Shown here: positions 25,765-37,755 of the stretch, piece after piece
Layout of the letters: every line of letters begins with the position of its first letter
Numbering within the stretch: the stretch's first letter is position 1
From: Chrysemys picta bellii
Taxonomy: Eukaryota
Direction: 5' to 3'
Length of the DNA: 64,000 bases
NCBI RefSeq assembly: GCF_011386835.1
Contig: NC_088795.1
Location: 100,626,001 to 100,690,000 of the forward strand
Notes under the pieces: model-generated
The model's input: only the letters and a program-made list of their open reading frames with translations
Told to the model about the DNA's origin: nothing
The model's database searches: none
Position numbers and translations under genes: made by a program

Positions 25765-26039
25765 TTTCGCCTGTGAGGAGTCTCTGTGCTCACTGAATGA
25801 TACCTCATAAGTTTCCTTTGTGGAACAGATGGTGATGTTTCAACTGGTTCCAAAGATTCCTGGTATTCGATAGGCAAGTGACTCAATGTGTTTGCTCGCC
25901 GGCGAAAGCCTTGCTGAGGTAATTTATCAGGCTGCTCGATGGGGTGACTAACTGGGTCACTGGAGACATCTCCCACAGATCCATTGGTCTTGGCAGGAGT
26001 CTCTGGAAGTGGGCCTTCTTTTTCACACAAAGATGGTTC
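25765..26039 (-). CDS. TBC1D1: TBC1D1 exon (275 nt), Thr596-equivalent Akt/14-3-3 motif RRRANTLSH and Ser627-equivalent MRYHSVS
   Basis: EPSLCEKEG...GFRRRANTLSHLPIEYQ...RKLMRYHSVSTETPHRR; gctag|GAA ... AA|gtaaga; phase 0-2. The Thr codon is at 25887-25889. Confidence 0.97.
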
Positions 26040-26744
26040 CTAGCAATATAAAAATATTTACCCATGTAAAATATGATTTATAAATAATAATTTGAGGTTC
26101 TCTATCCCAGGCCTATTTTTTGACACAATAAACAAATCTCCTTCCTCCTACAAAGACATTTATTTCTAAACTTTTAGTCCCAGCTGAACATTTCCTGAAA
26201 ATAAATACAGTCCAACACTTACAAGCTTTCCTGCCTAAACTCAGGCACCCAAGTAAAAGTGGCTGAGATTTTCAAATAGTGTTGAGAAACTGCATCTCCC
26301 AATATGCTGGTGGAAGCTCAACAACTCTCCAAGTCCGGCAACTCTTCTTTAGATACCTAACTTTAGACACTATAGTTTGAACATTTAGGCCATGGTATCT
26401 CACACAATGACCTAACCTTTAATGTTTCATTTCTAATCAGCAAGGCAGATACATGCTATTATATTTATGCTTTATACAGGGAAAAAAGGCTGAATAGTAG
26501 TTATCCTCAACACTCTGAAGAGGAAAACCTGAGACAAGAAAGGGGCAAATGAATATATGGTATGTTATTGTCATGAAAGCTGAAATGTAAAAGGAAGCAT
26601 TTCAGACTACACAGAATCCATTTACATTGATGATTTAACATAAAACTGCACTTTTTATTGGATCTTTTTCTTTTAAAAAAAAATCACTCATGATTACAAA
26701 TGCAGATGCATGAGTCTATCTAGATACTCATATTGACCCTATGC

Positions 26745-26950
26745 CCATTGTATCTTAGCGCCTCACAAATAATGACTTTATCTTCACAACAAACCTGTAA
26801 TGGAGAACTGAGGCACAGGCACACTAGGAGTGGAACTGTGGCCCACTCAAGTCAGGACTTATTCAAGGTCACATAGGAAGCTTATGACAGAACCAACAAC
26901 TGACCTTAGTCTCCTGACTGGTCAGTGGCCATACCACAAGACCATCCTTC
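26745..26950 (-). mobile_element. MIR/CORE-SINE remnant
   Basis: …ggagaactgaggcacag…ttcaaggtcaca…gtctcctgact matches the reverse MIR pattern. Confidence 0.55.
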
Positions 26951-27501
26951 CTCTCTGCTTCATATTAAATTATTTTACTAGAATCTCAAACCATACCATC
27001 AATATATAAATTCTTTACATTTCGAAGTTTAATTCTATAGTCCTTATGAATGTACAACTCCCACTGAAATCCAAAAAGTTGCGTTTACTTTCAGTGATGT
27101 TAACTAATCACCACATTGGAATCAACAATCCTGAAGCTGACGCATCATTTACATTCATTGTTGCAATCTCAGAGAATGAATAATTGCCCAAGTTGGGCCC
27201 ACTAACCCCATCTTTTCTTAGCACCAGGAAAGAAATAATTTATAATCAAAATGCCTAAAGACAGCCTAAAATTTCTGAAAAAGAGAAAGTGACATGGAGA
27301 TATCAGTTCCCATCTCTTGGAGAAGCTGCCAGGATAAGAAATTCCATTATGATCTCTCAACATGTTAACTCAAAATTGCTGTTTCTTTATTAGAGAGACA
27401 AGGTGAGAGATAATATCTTTCACTGGACAAATTTCAGCTGGTGAAAGAGAGAAGATTTCGAGGTACACAGAGCTCTTCTTCAGGTCTGGGAAAGGTACTT
27501 A

Positions 27502-27761
27502 GGCTATGTCTACACTGCACATCTTACAGAGACGGCTGTGTCGCTGTAAGATATGCGGTGTAGCTGCTCTTTGTCAGCAGGAGAGAGTTCTCCTGCTGAT
27601 AAAATAAAAGCACCCCCCAAAGAGGAGTGGTAGCTCTGTTGGCGGGCAAAGTACTGTCCACTCCGGCACTTTGGTAAAACTTCTGTCAGTCAGAGGGGTG
27701 TTTTTTTCACATCACCAACCGACAAAAGTTTTACTGATGAAAGTGTGGTGTAGACATAGCC
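27502..27761. mobile_element. PIF/Harbinger-type MITE (260 bp)
   Basis: TIR ggctatgtctacac / gtgtagacatagcc; same family as 36394-36650. Confidence 0.88.
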
Positions 27762-28133
27762 TTTGAGTGTCACCTCTAAACAAGGTGGAGCTGATTGTTT
27801 AGCACAAGTAATTAGCACATTATGAGAGACCATTCAATGTGAAGTGGCACTTTACCACCCCTGCAGTCACAGGACAAAAAAAAGAGGGTTTCAGTTTGTT
27901 GTAATAAACCATAAACCCACTGTCTTTATTTAAATAATGATTTTTAGTGTCTAGCAAAGTTATGAATTTAAGCTCCCAGGCTCATTTTTTGAAGGTGTTG
28001 TGCAGGTTTCCTTTAAGGAAAAGGACTGAAAGATCAGATGTGGAGTGTTTGTTTTGTGAAAAGTGTTCGCCTAAGGGTGATACAGTATTTTTGTCTTTTC
28101 TGATTTTTCTGTGTGAGTTCATTCAAGAGCTTA

Positions 28134-28337
28134 GGTCTGGTCTTCACTATGTTGCTCAGGGGGTGTGAAAAATTCATACCCCCCATGAGCAATGTAGTTA
28201 TGCCGACCTAACCTCCCAATGTAGACAGCACTATGTCGGTGGGAAAGCTTCTCCCATTAACATAGCTACTGCCTCTCGGGGAGGTGGATTAACTACGCCA
28301 GTAGAAAAGTACTTGCCATTGCTCTTGTAGACTTGCC
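28134..28337. mobile_element. Partial PIF/Harbinger-type MITE
   Basis: Shares gttgctcag…gtgaaaa…tcatacc and gacagcactatgt with 13084-13347; splits the Penelope GIY-YIG frame. Confidence 0.7.
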
Positions 28338-29237
28338 ATTAGTAATTATCTGGTTTCACCCATATAGTGATTATCGGGGCATTTAATGCACTGGATGAGG
28401 TACACCACAAACTGTGATAGCAATGTGTAGGACTCATGGATCTTAAAAGGTGTGTCGTGAGGGGCATTGATCATTGTAGCAGTGGAAACATGTCCGCAGG
28501 TTTTGCATCTGCTGTTACGGCAGGGTCTGGTGCTGCTTTGAGTTGGTGGATCCTGGTCAGTGGAGAACTTGCTTCTGACGATTATCTTGACAAGGTTGGA
28601 GGGGGCATTGTTTGAAGGCATGAAGAGAGGGTTTGGAAAAGATTTCTTTCAGGATGTAGAATCCATTGAGTATGGGTTGTTATTGTTTAATGATAGCCCA
28701 TAGGGGTTCCAGTGTGGGGTGGTAGTCTCATATCCAGGGATGTGGTTTATGATCATAACATTGCTCAGGGGATTCAGATGCATTTTAATGTGGAGTGCAC
28801 ACCTGAGTTGGTTACACACATTTCTTAAGTTGCTTGCAGCAATGGGGTGAGCAGAAGGCAGAATTTAGGCCCTGATGTTGCAAGCTGATATCATGGGCAA
28901 AGCACGGTTGACTTCTATGTGGCTCTGCATGGGATTAAGGATCTGCCCTCTGGGCCAGCATGCAAGAACAGAGCTCCCCTTGGTAGGAAAAAAAACCCCA
29001 TATTCTTAGCAGCAAACTATCATATTACTCGTATAGCTACATTTTTCATGTCTGGTGTTTTGTTTTTCTTCCCACACAATCAATCGGATTTTTTATTCAT
29101 GAATTCATGAAAAAATAACAAATATAAGACATTAAAATAGACTGATTACACCTACACATCACATGATTGTAAATAATTTTACAAAAAAAGTTATCAGAAG
29201 ATTCTCAATTTATTCAATCATTATGGTGATTACTTAC

Positions 29238-29324
29238 TTTACTTGTGCTGCTTAATGTACTGGATAAGGAGCTGTCCAAATCCACACTTCCAGAACTTTC
29301 TAGTGAACCTCTGGCTTTACTACC
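29238..29324 (-). CDS. TBC1D1: TBC1D1 exon (87 nt)
   Basis: GSKARGSLESSGSVDLDSSLSSTLSSTSK; tacag|GGT ... AAA|gtaagt; phase 0-0. Confidence 0.95.
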
Positions 29325-30292
29325 CTGTAGAAATAAAGTATATGAAGCAATCAGAATTAGAACACAAAAAATTGCATTCCAACAGAACATCCTTGCTGGA
29401 ATTGTTAAATCACTGATTCTGCCAGTATCAAATTCAATTTCCTGAAATGCCTAAGAATAACCTGCCTCTTCACAAGAAACAGGTGCTTCCTTCAGGAAGG
29501 CCACAAATATTTTAAGGACCCTAGCAATTAATACACTCATGCAGGTCAAATTATTATTTTTTTCAGCCAGGATTGCTGTTGGCAGCATCATATCCTACAA
29601 AATATATATGTGGAAAGGGTTTGAATAATCATGTGCTTGAGACTGAATTACAACTATTATTACAGCACCTCCCTCAGACCATAAAATGAATTTTCACATT
29701 AGGCTATCTCCATCATAATGCAAAGATAGGAACTGATTAGTACAGAGGACTGAAGACTACATCTAGAGTTTGGTACAATCTCTTGGACTGCAGCCCCATT
29801 AGGTTACCCAGAGGAATGCATAGAAACCGGATAATGGGTAGCTATGCAGCTGTATTTCTATGGAGCAAACATGCTCTTGACCACAAGCAGCTAATAGTTG
29901 GCTTATGTTCTGAAGCACAAAGGTTAAAGTCCTGTATGAAATTTTATTCCAGCTGCAATAGAGTAATTGTTGACATCATCATTACCATATTCTTTTTCTG
30001 AATCTTAATAAACTTTTTGCTTCAGGACTGTCTATGCTTAAGGTTTATCAATATAGTTATATTGATGAGGGGCGTGATTTTTTTACTGACATAGCTATGC
30101 CAATAACAGCCCTAATGTAGATGCAGTTATATTCATAGAATCATAGAAATTCGGGGCTGGAAGGGACCTCAAGAAGCCATCAAGTTCAGTACCCTGCACT
30201 AAAGCAGGACCAAGTTTGACAAGGTTGGAGGGGGCGTTGTTTGAAGGCATGAAGAGAGAATTTGGAAAAGATTTCTTTCAGGATGTGGAACC

Positions 30293-30516
30293 CAGGGCCA
30301 GCTCCAGGCACCAGCGAAGGAAGCAGGTGCCTGGGGCGGCATGTCCGGGTCTTCCGCAGTAGGGAAGGACCCACCACTGAATTGCTGCCGAAGAATGGAG
30401 TGGTACGATTGAGCTGCCGCCGAAGTACCGCCGATCGGCTTTATTTTATTTATTTATTTATCCTCCCCCCTCCTGCTTTGCCGCTTGGGGTGGCAAAAAA
30501 GCTGGAGCCAGCCCTG
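30293..30516. mobile_element. hAT MITE (224 bp)
   Basis: TIR cagggccagctcc / ggagccagccctg; perfect 8-bp TSD gtggaacc. Confidence 0.9.
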
Positions 30517-30553
30517 GTGGAACCCATTGAGTATGGGTTGTTATTGTTTAATA

Positions 30554-30864
30554 CAGGGGTAGGCAACCTATGGCACACGTGTCAAAGGCGGCACGCGAGC
30601 TGATTTTCAGTGGCACTCACACTGCCCAGGTCTTGGCCACAGGTCCGGGGAGCTCTGCATTTTAATTTAATTTTAAATGAAGCTTCTTAAACATTTTAAA
30701 AACTTTATTTACTTTACATACAACAATGGTTTAGTTATATATTATAGACTTATAGAAAGAGACCTTCTAAAAACGTTAAAATGTATTACTGGCACGCGAA
30801 ACCTTAAATTAGAGTGAATAAATGAAGACTCGGCACACTACTTCTGAAAGGTTGACGACCACTG
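30554..30864. mobile_element. hAT MITE (311 bp)
   Basis: TIR caggggtaggcaacc / ggttgacgaccactg; TSD gtttaata/gtttaatg; same family as 42639-42961. Confidence 0.9.
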
Positions 30865-31975
30865 GTTTAATGATAGCCCATAGGGTTTCCAGTGTGGGGT
30901 GGTAGTCTCATATCCAAGGATGTGGTTTATGATCATACCATTGCTCAGGGGATTCAGATACATTTTAATATGGAGTGCACACCTGAGTTGGTTGTGAACC
31001 AAGTAAACCTAGACCATCCCTGACAGGTGTATGTCCAACCTGTTCTTAAAAACCTCCAACAAAAGGGATTCCACAATCTCCTTTGGAAGCCTATTTCAGA
31101 GCTTAACTACCCTGACAATTTGAAAGTTTTCCCTATTATCTAACTTAAATCTCCCTTGCTGCAGATTAAGCCCATTATTTCTTGTCCTACCTTCTGTGGA
31201 CATGGAGAACAATTGATCACCATCCTCTTTATAATGGCTCTTAACATATTTGAAGATGGTTATCAGGTCCCCCCCTCAGTCATCTTTTCTCAAGATTAAA
31301 CATGCCCAGTTTTTTAACCTTTTTAACCTTTCCTCATAGGTCAGGTTTTCTAAACCTTTTATCATTTTTGTCGCTCTCCTCTGGACTCTGTCCAATTTGT
31401 CCACACATTTCCTAACATGTAGCACCCAGAACTGGACACAGTACTCCAGTTGAGGCCTCACCAGTGCCAAGTAGAGTGGGACAATTGCCTCCTGTGGCTT
31501 ACATATGACTTCCCCATTTTGCAACTGCATCACATTGTTGACACACATTCCATTTGTGATCCACTATAACACCTAGATACTTTTGAACAGTACCATCACT
31601 TAGCCAGTTATTCCCCATTTTGTAGTTGTGCATTTAATTTTTCATTCCCCAGTGTAGTAGTTCGCACTTTTACTGAATTTCATCTTGCTGAATTCAGACC
31701 AATTTGTCAAGGTCACTTTGAATTCTAAACCTGTCCTCCAAAGTGCCTGCAACCCCTCCCTGCTCGGGGTCATCTGCAAATTTTATGAGTGCACTTTCCA
31801 CTCTATTATCATATTGGTGCAACATATCTGTCCACAACTTGTACTTACACCAATATAGCTTATGCCAGTCAGGCACTTTTACACCGATATAGCAATGTCC
31901 ACAAGAGGGTTTTATGGCAGAGCTCTTCAGATGTTATCATATGTTATATAAGGGCACATTTCTTTTATCATCCTA

Positions 31976-32259
31976 GGCCAGTCTATATTATAAACTTTTG
32001 CTGGGATAGCTATGTTGGTCGGGGAAGTGATGAAGTGTGATTTGTAAGCAAAAAATTTCCAGTGTAGACATAGTTATCCTAGCAATACTGGGATTTTGCT
32101 GGGAGACCTTAGTTTGCTTCAGGGTGGGTAGCTGTAATAAGCTACACTGGTAAAAGTGCAATTTTGCTAGTATGAATTGCATCCATGCTAGGAGTACTTA
32201 GCCAGTGCAGTATACAGGGATAGCTAAATTGGCAAAACATTTCTAGAGTAGACCTGCCC
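31976..32259. mobile_element. PIF/Harbinger-type MITE
   Basis: ggccagtctata … tagagtagacctgccc termini, internal gtgtagacatag motif. Confidence 0.6.
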
Positions 32260-32269
32260 TTAATTTAAC

Positions 32270-33350
32270 TGAATATCTTCTTGCCCTTGTATTATGAGAA
32301 AGGATAAATGGCACTCCATGATAAATCTTCTCTACCATTCATTGTTTTGTAAAATGTATCTTGTCAACTTTTATCCATCACCTCTCCAAACTAAACGGCC
32401 CTGGATGTTCAATCTCACTTCATATAGAAATCTTTGCAACCCTAATCATTCTTGTCAGACCATTTTCTGGACATTTTCTACTTTGTATTATATCCTTTGA
32501 GAGACCAAAATAACAGTATCCAGACAAAAGGGATTCCACAGGTTTAAGTGGTGGCATTATAATCTTTTCAGTATTTTTCTCTATTCTTATCCTAATACAA
32601 CCTGATATCTTATTTGTTTTTTTCACTGCCGCGGTGTATTGAGCAAATATTGCCAACCATCTGACCATGATATGTGAATCTTTGTCCAGTGTGTTTACAG
32701 GTACACCTCTACCTCGATATAATGCGACCCGATATAACACGAATTCGGATACAACGCAGTAAAGCAGTGCTCTGGGAGGGCGGGGCTGCGCAGTCCGGTG
32801 GATCAAAGCAAGTTCAGTATAACGCGGTTTCATTTATAAGGCAGTACGATTTTTTTGGCTCCCAAAGACAGCATTTATCAAGGTAGAGGTGTAATTGAGA
32901 GACCATCAGTAAAAGTTCAAAGAGTTCCTTCCAACGTTTATCACCTGCCACTTGTTTACAGTGAATTTCATTCTCCATCATATTGCCCAAATAACTATCT
33001 CTGTAAGCTCCTTCTGAAGTTCATACTAATCTTCTCTAGGCCTGACTTAGAAATAATTCTGTGGTATCTACAGATTTTTGCCACCACATCGTACACCCCC
33101 CTCCTCCTATGTCATTAATAAATATTATTTTAAAAATCTGCCCTATTAAAGGTCCTTGGTCAGCCCACTATTAATTTCCTTATGTTAAAAATTGAACAGA
33201 TTTTTCTACTTCTCTTAACCAGTTTCTAAATCCATGAGAGAATTTTACTGCTAATGCCATAACTGCTTAGCTTCCTTTATAGCCTCTTGTGATGTTTTTG
33301 AAAAGTCCACATAAAAATATTTACTGCTTCTTTATACACTAATTTGTTCT
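32270..33350 (-). mobile_element. Old CR1/L3-type LINE fragment
   Basis: Degenerate reverse RT C-terminus (AVKKTNKISGCI…RIEKNTEKIIMP); interrupted by a Tc1/mariner-type MITE. Boundaries approximate. Confidence 0.6.
32704..32891. mobile_element. Tc1/mariner (pogo/Tigger-type) MITE
   Basis: TIR cacctctacct / aggtagaggtg with TA duplicated on both sides. Confidence 0.85.
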
Positions 33351-33517
33351 TTTCTTCAGTCTTAGAAAGGTATGATTTTCATTACAAAGCCCAAGTTCAC
33401 CTAAGTATTTCTAGAACTCTCTTTAATAATTGTTCAATTTTTCCTGGAAGCAAACAAAAGTAGATGTAGACTGTGCGTCTATCACTCAAAAAAAGTCAAT
33501 ACAAAGACGATACCTAC

Positions 33518-33646
33518 CCGTGACAAGATACTTTCTAATGATTCTGTTAGTGACCGTTTAGCTTTGCTCTTCAACATATCTAGTCTGAACCTGGAAGCAC
33601 TGCTTGGCATCTCATTTCCAGTAGTCTCTCCACAAGGCTGTGAAGC
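33518..33646 (-). CDS. TBC1D1: TBC1D1 exon (129 nt), Thr505/Ser507-equivalent motif
   Basis: ASQPCGETTGNEMPSSASRFRLDMLKSKAKRSLTESLESILSR; tatag|GCT ... CGG|gtaggt; phase 0-0. Confidence 0.96.
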
Positions 33647-34123
33647 CTATAATATTTAAGAAAGCAGGTGTAAAATACAGGGTTGTACAGAACAAAAACT
33701 CACTGAAAGATTTTTGACATCTTAGTAGCACATTTCCAAGCTTTTCTAAACCAAAGCTATACTAAGCTCTGAATCCTCTCATGCACTGTGTTTCTACTGA
33801 CATAACAGCACTGAAGCTTATTGAATTAACCTACTACTAGATCTAGGAATCTCTTTTCCAAATGACATTTATTTGTTAAGTGAAGTAAGTGAGCACCAGG
33901 AATATTGTTTTTCATAACAAAAATATGTCTCTTCACATGTTTACCACAATGGCAGAGCACAATTATATCATCTGTAAGTACAAGAAGAATAGATTCAGGA
34001 GGTCATGGGGAATTATTTATCTTAACACCTCAGATTAGACTTGACCAATTTATTTTATTTTTCACGGCAATCGTCTCCTAGGACTTTGAGTGAGTTAGCT
34101 GCAAGAACGTATACCACTCCTCC

Positions 34124-34198
34124 AACTCCATTCCTTCGAACGCTATATATATATAAAACGAAGGAATGGAGTTATATATATATATATATATATATATA
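34124..34198. repeat. 15-bp perfect inverted repeat plus (TA)n tract
   Basis: aactccattccttcg (34124-34138) / cgaaggaatggagtt (34159-34173), then (TA)n to 34198. Confidence 0.92.
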
Positions 34199-36393
34199 AT
34201 CACCACTAGGAACACTTCCACATTATGGATGACAATCAACTCATAGCTGATTTTTTTTTTTTTTTAGTTAAAAGTTTAAGCTCAATTTTAGTGCTTGTGA
34301 AAGTCGGACAGCTCTGGAAACTGAACACAGAATGGGACCGCAGAAGTGGGAAATGAGGGATAAATGTTGTGCCTCAAACCTAACCTAGTCTTATCAACTA
34401 TGTGGACCAAAGAGTAATTCTCTGTGTCCATTAAACCTTGAACTTTTCTCTTGAGGCTCCTAACATTAGTGCCAGATATACCCAGTGGTAACAGTATCAG
34501 AGATGTGAATGCATTAGACCAGTTGATATCACATGGAGAAGTGAACGGCTCGCAGACAGCAGTAAGTTTTGGTCATTACCAATCCAGGCTGTTGACAGTT
34601 CCAACAAAATGACACTACATCCTATTTCCAATCCTCCAAACAAAGAATTCAATCTTTTCCCTCTAATTCAACTCTCCTCAACCCTACATAGTAAGTCCTT
34701 GCAGTTTTCTGGTGAAAAACACTTATTTTGAAAAGACTTTTTGGTTCAAAAATATTAATGTTCTATGAAATCTCTTGCAGCTGTTTAAATTTAAATTCTT
34801 CCAATTTAACAGAGAACTTGAGTAGGATTCCTCACCCAGAAAGCGAGTGTGAGTAGCAATGCAGGAGAGAAGGCAAAAAAATTCAGGGAGTTTGGGTTAT
34901 TCATCTCTGAGAGATGAAGTCCAAAGGTATTTACTGTTCCACAGCTTTGAAGATAAAAGATCAAAGTAGATATGACATTTTCTACTAAGAAGAATGGTTG
35001 GGTGAGAGGCAAATCAAGTTTGCTGCTAGAACTTTGGCATCTTCACAAGCGTCAGATTATTATTTTTTGGCTTCAGGAGCTGAAAAAGACTACAGCATGT
35101 CTCAGCAGCATTAAAATCACACACAGTTTTTATATTAAGATATCATCTTCTTCCTTAAACACCCACTTTCCAACTATTTTGAACATGAAACTGTTTGATA
35201 AAAATAATTGGCACTAATCTCAAATGAAAATATTTCACATCTGTTAACAAAAAACCCCAAACACTATTTCCTCCTGTCCTACCTCAGCCCACACTGCTCT
35301 TTCTAAGTCCACACATATCTGGACAGACACGTAAATGACTGGAGAGTTGACAAAAACAGTAAATCAGAAAACAAGAATGTGAAGCTTTCTTCCTGTTTTC
35401 TCGGCAATGCTAATAATTAACCAATAAGCAATAAAAGGATAAGAGATTAAAATAAACACAGAGCTAGTCACAAAAAAGTGGGTGATGCCTCTCCAATTAC
35501 TTCATGCTTTAAATCTGAATACTTAGAGGGAGCAGAGTTCGAGGCCGCAGCACGTAGGATTCAATTAATCTGACCCTCCAGTGTGTTCACTGTGTACCTA
35601 GCAAGCAGGAGGAGACTGACTGGAGCAGGCATTACAGTACATTTCCTGCTATTGGTAGATATTGAAAGAAATGTTGACCAAGATTTTCAAAAGTGATTAT
35701 GGTTTTGGGTGCCTCAGTTTTGGGGTGCCCAGATTGAGTAACCTTAAAGGGGACTGGTTTTCAGAGGGGTGGTGCTCAGCCTTTTCTATAAAATCAGGCG
35801 CCTTTAAGATATTTCAAGTTGGGCACCCCAAAACCAAGACATTCAAAATCACTAGTCTCTTTTTAAAATCTCATCCATGCCTGAGATCTTTTTAAACCCC
35901 TCCTCTGGTGAGAGAGAGGGAGGAGAGGCAAGCTGCTGCAAGGCTAGTGGCAGTAGGGAGATAGGTTTAGTTATTTCCCCTATGGAAAGGAAAGCAGCCT
36001 CTCACCCTGGAGAAGCCTAAGTGTCTGTTTAAGGGAAGGACTGATACCCCGGGTCCAACAACATGACAACACACACCCCGCAGCAGCGAGGGGGTAGCGA
36101 AATGTGTTTGTAATTTTTTTTCCTTTTGCTTGGTGGAGGAGACCCACCTTGGGCCTGCCATGAGGCCTACATTGAAAATACTGACAAGTAAACACAGAGG
36201 GAAGACAGACACTGTCCAGAGCGGGGCTGATTTACCCCAGGCCTTGCCACTGCCAGAGGGGGAAGAGCTAAATCTGGCGAGACGGGGGAGATACCTGGTC
36301 ACAATACCTGCATTTGAAGGACAATCTGCCCACATTTTTTTCTAGCCATATTGCATGTAAGGTTGGTTACCTCCCAGCTCCTTCAAATTTTTT

Positions 36394-36650
36394 GGCTATG
36401 TCTACACTATGGACCTTAGAGCGGTACAGCTGTAAGATCTCCTGTGTAGCCGCTCTATGCTGGCAGGAAAGAGGTCTTCTGCCAGCATAATTAAACCACT
36501 CCTAATGAGTGGCGGTAGCTATGTCAGGAGAAAAGCGTCTCCCGCCGACATAGCACAGTCCACACCAGTGCTTTTGTCAGTGAAACTTTTGTCAGTCGGG
36601 GGGTGTTGTTTTCACACCCGATTGACAAAAGTGCTAGTGTAGACAAAGCC
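36394..36650. mobile_element. PIF/Harbinger-type MITE (257 bp)
   Basis: TIR ggctatgtctacacta / tagtgtagacaaagcc; homologous to 27502-27761. Confidence 0.88.
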
Positions 36651-37399
36651 TTAAAGACTGAACAGTAGTTTTGTCCTTCCTTTCTCAAGTGAAGAACATT
36701 GTCTCCTCTGTCAGTTCTGCAGCAATGTTTATCTGTCAGTTCTGCAGCAATGTTTAACAACAACCTCTGTTTGCATCAGCCTCAATGATATTTCCACACA
36801 AAGAAATATCCCCCATATTACCGGGCAACCCCAGCAGTCCTTCCTCAGGATAAATTCCAGTGGGCTTGATTCACCATTGAACTCGACTGGGACTGACAGG
36901 GAGCCAGAAAATGAGAGCTGAGTCTTTTTGAAATGACACATATATGCTTCAGCTGTAATTAGTAACTGTGACAGAATGTAGTATTTTCATATGAATGTTT
37001 TCTATATCCACTGTATTGAGAAGATCAGAACAGACTAACTGCAAAGACCAGTGGTCCAGATAGACTGGTACCAGCCAGTACCAGATGCTTCAGAGGAAGG
37101 TGCAAGAGACTCCATAGCAGAAAGTGCAACTAGTGGTTTTCTTATGCCCCAAAGCATAAGGGTTTATATCCTTTCCTCCCTTGCTATTAGCACATGGGAT
37201 ACAAGTATATTCTGACTGGACTTTCTCTTCCCACTGCTGAGTGGCTGTTGCTCCAACCCTCCAGCTCTCCCTCCCTCAGTGATTCCACTTCAGCTTCACT
37301 GCACACCTACCCCTCCTTCCCCTGGCTTTCTCTGCCCTGTCCCCTCCACTTCACTTTCTTTCCATTTAGAATATCCCCTCCTAAGTAAACTCACCCCCC

Positions 37400-37625
37400 A
37401 AAAAATCATGGGACTAAAATGACATTTGCTGCCAACCCATTGTTCACTCTGCTTCTGTGTTCTACCCCTCTCCCCAAACCCTGTGTCTGTCTTGTTTATT
37501 TAGATTGTAAGCCCTTTGGGGCAAGGCCTGTCTTTGTACTGTGTTTGCACAGTGCCTGGCCCAATGGGACCCCACTCTCGGTTGGTTCTTAGGTCCTGCT
37601 ATAATAAACATGTTAAATAATAAAT
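37400..37625 (+). mobile_element. L2-type 3' tail fragment
   Basis: …ttagattgtaagccctttggggcaaggcctgtc…cagtgcctggcccaatggg… as at 50060-50180. Confidence 0.55.
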
Positions 37626-37755
37626 ATCCCACCAGGAAAGAGCAAAGTGGGCTTTCAGTTCAGTGTTAATTTTACATTAAATACAAAGATGGAAATTCAC
37701 CATTGAGAAGTTAGTAGGAAAGGAAAAAGACTTTTTTAAATGAAGGCTCACGTAC

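Larger units (their letters stand above)
27392..28723 (-). mobile_element. Penelope-like retroelement 3' part (GIY-YIG endonuclease plus terminal repeat), split by two Harbinger MITEs
   Basis: RPCRNSRCKTCGH…VVYLIQCIKCPDNHYMGETR, then RMNSHRK…LGEHFSQ…AWELKFITLLDTKNHYLNKD. Confidence 0.88.
30134..31790 (-). mobile_element. CR1 LINE 3' portion, interrupted at 30216-30997
   Basis: catagaatcatagaa terminal repeat at 30134; YLALVRPQLEYCVQFW…LDRVQRRATKMIKGLENLTYEERLK and IKFADD motifs. Confidence 0.9.
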
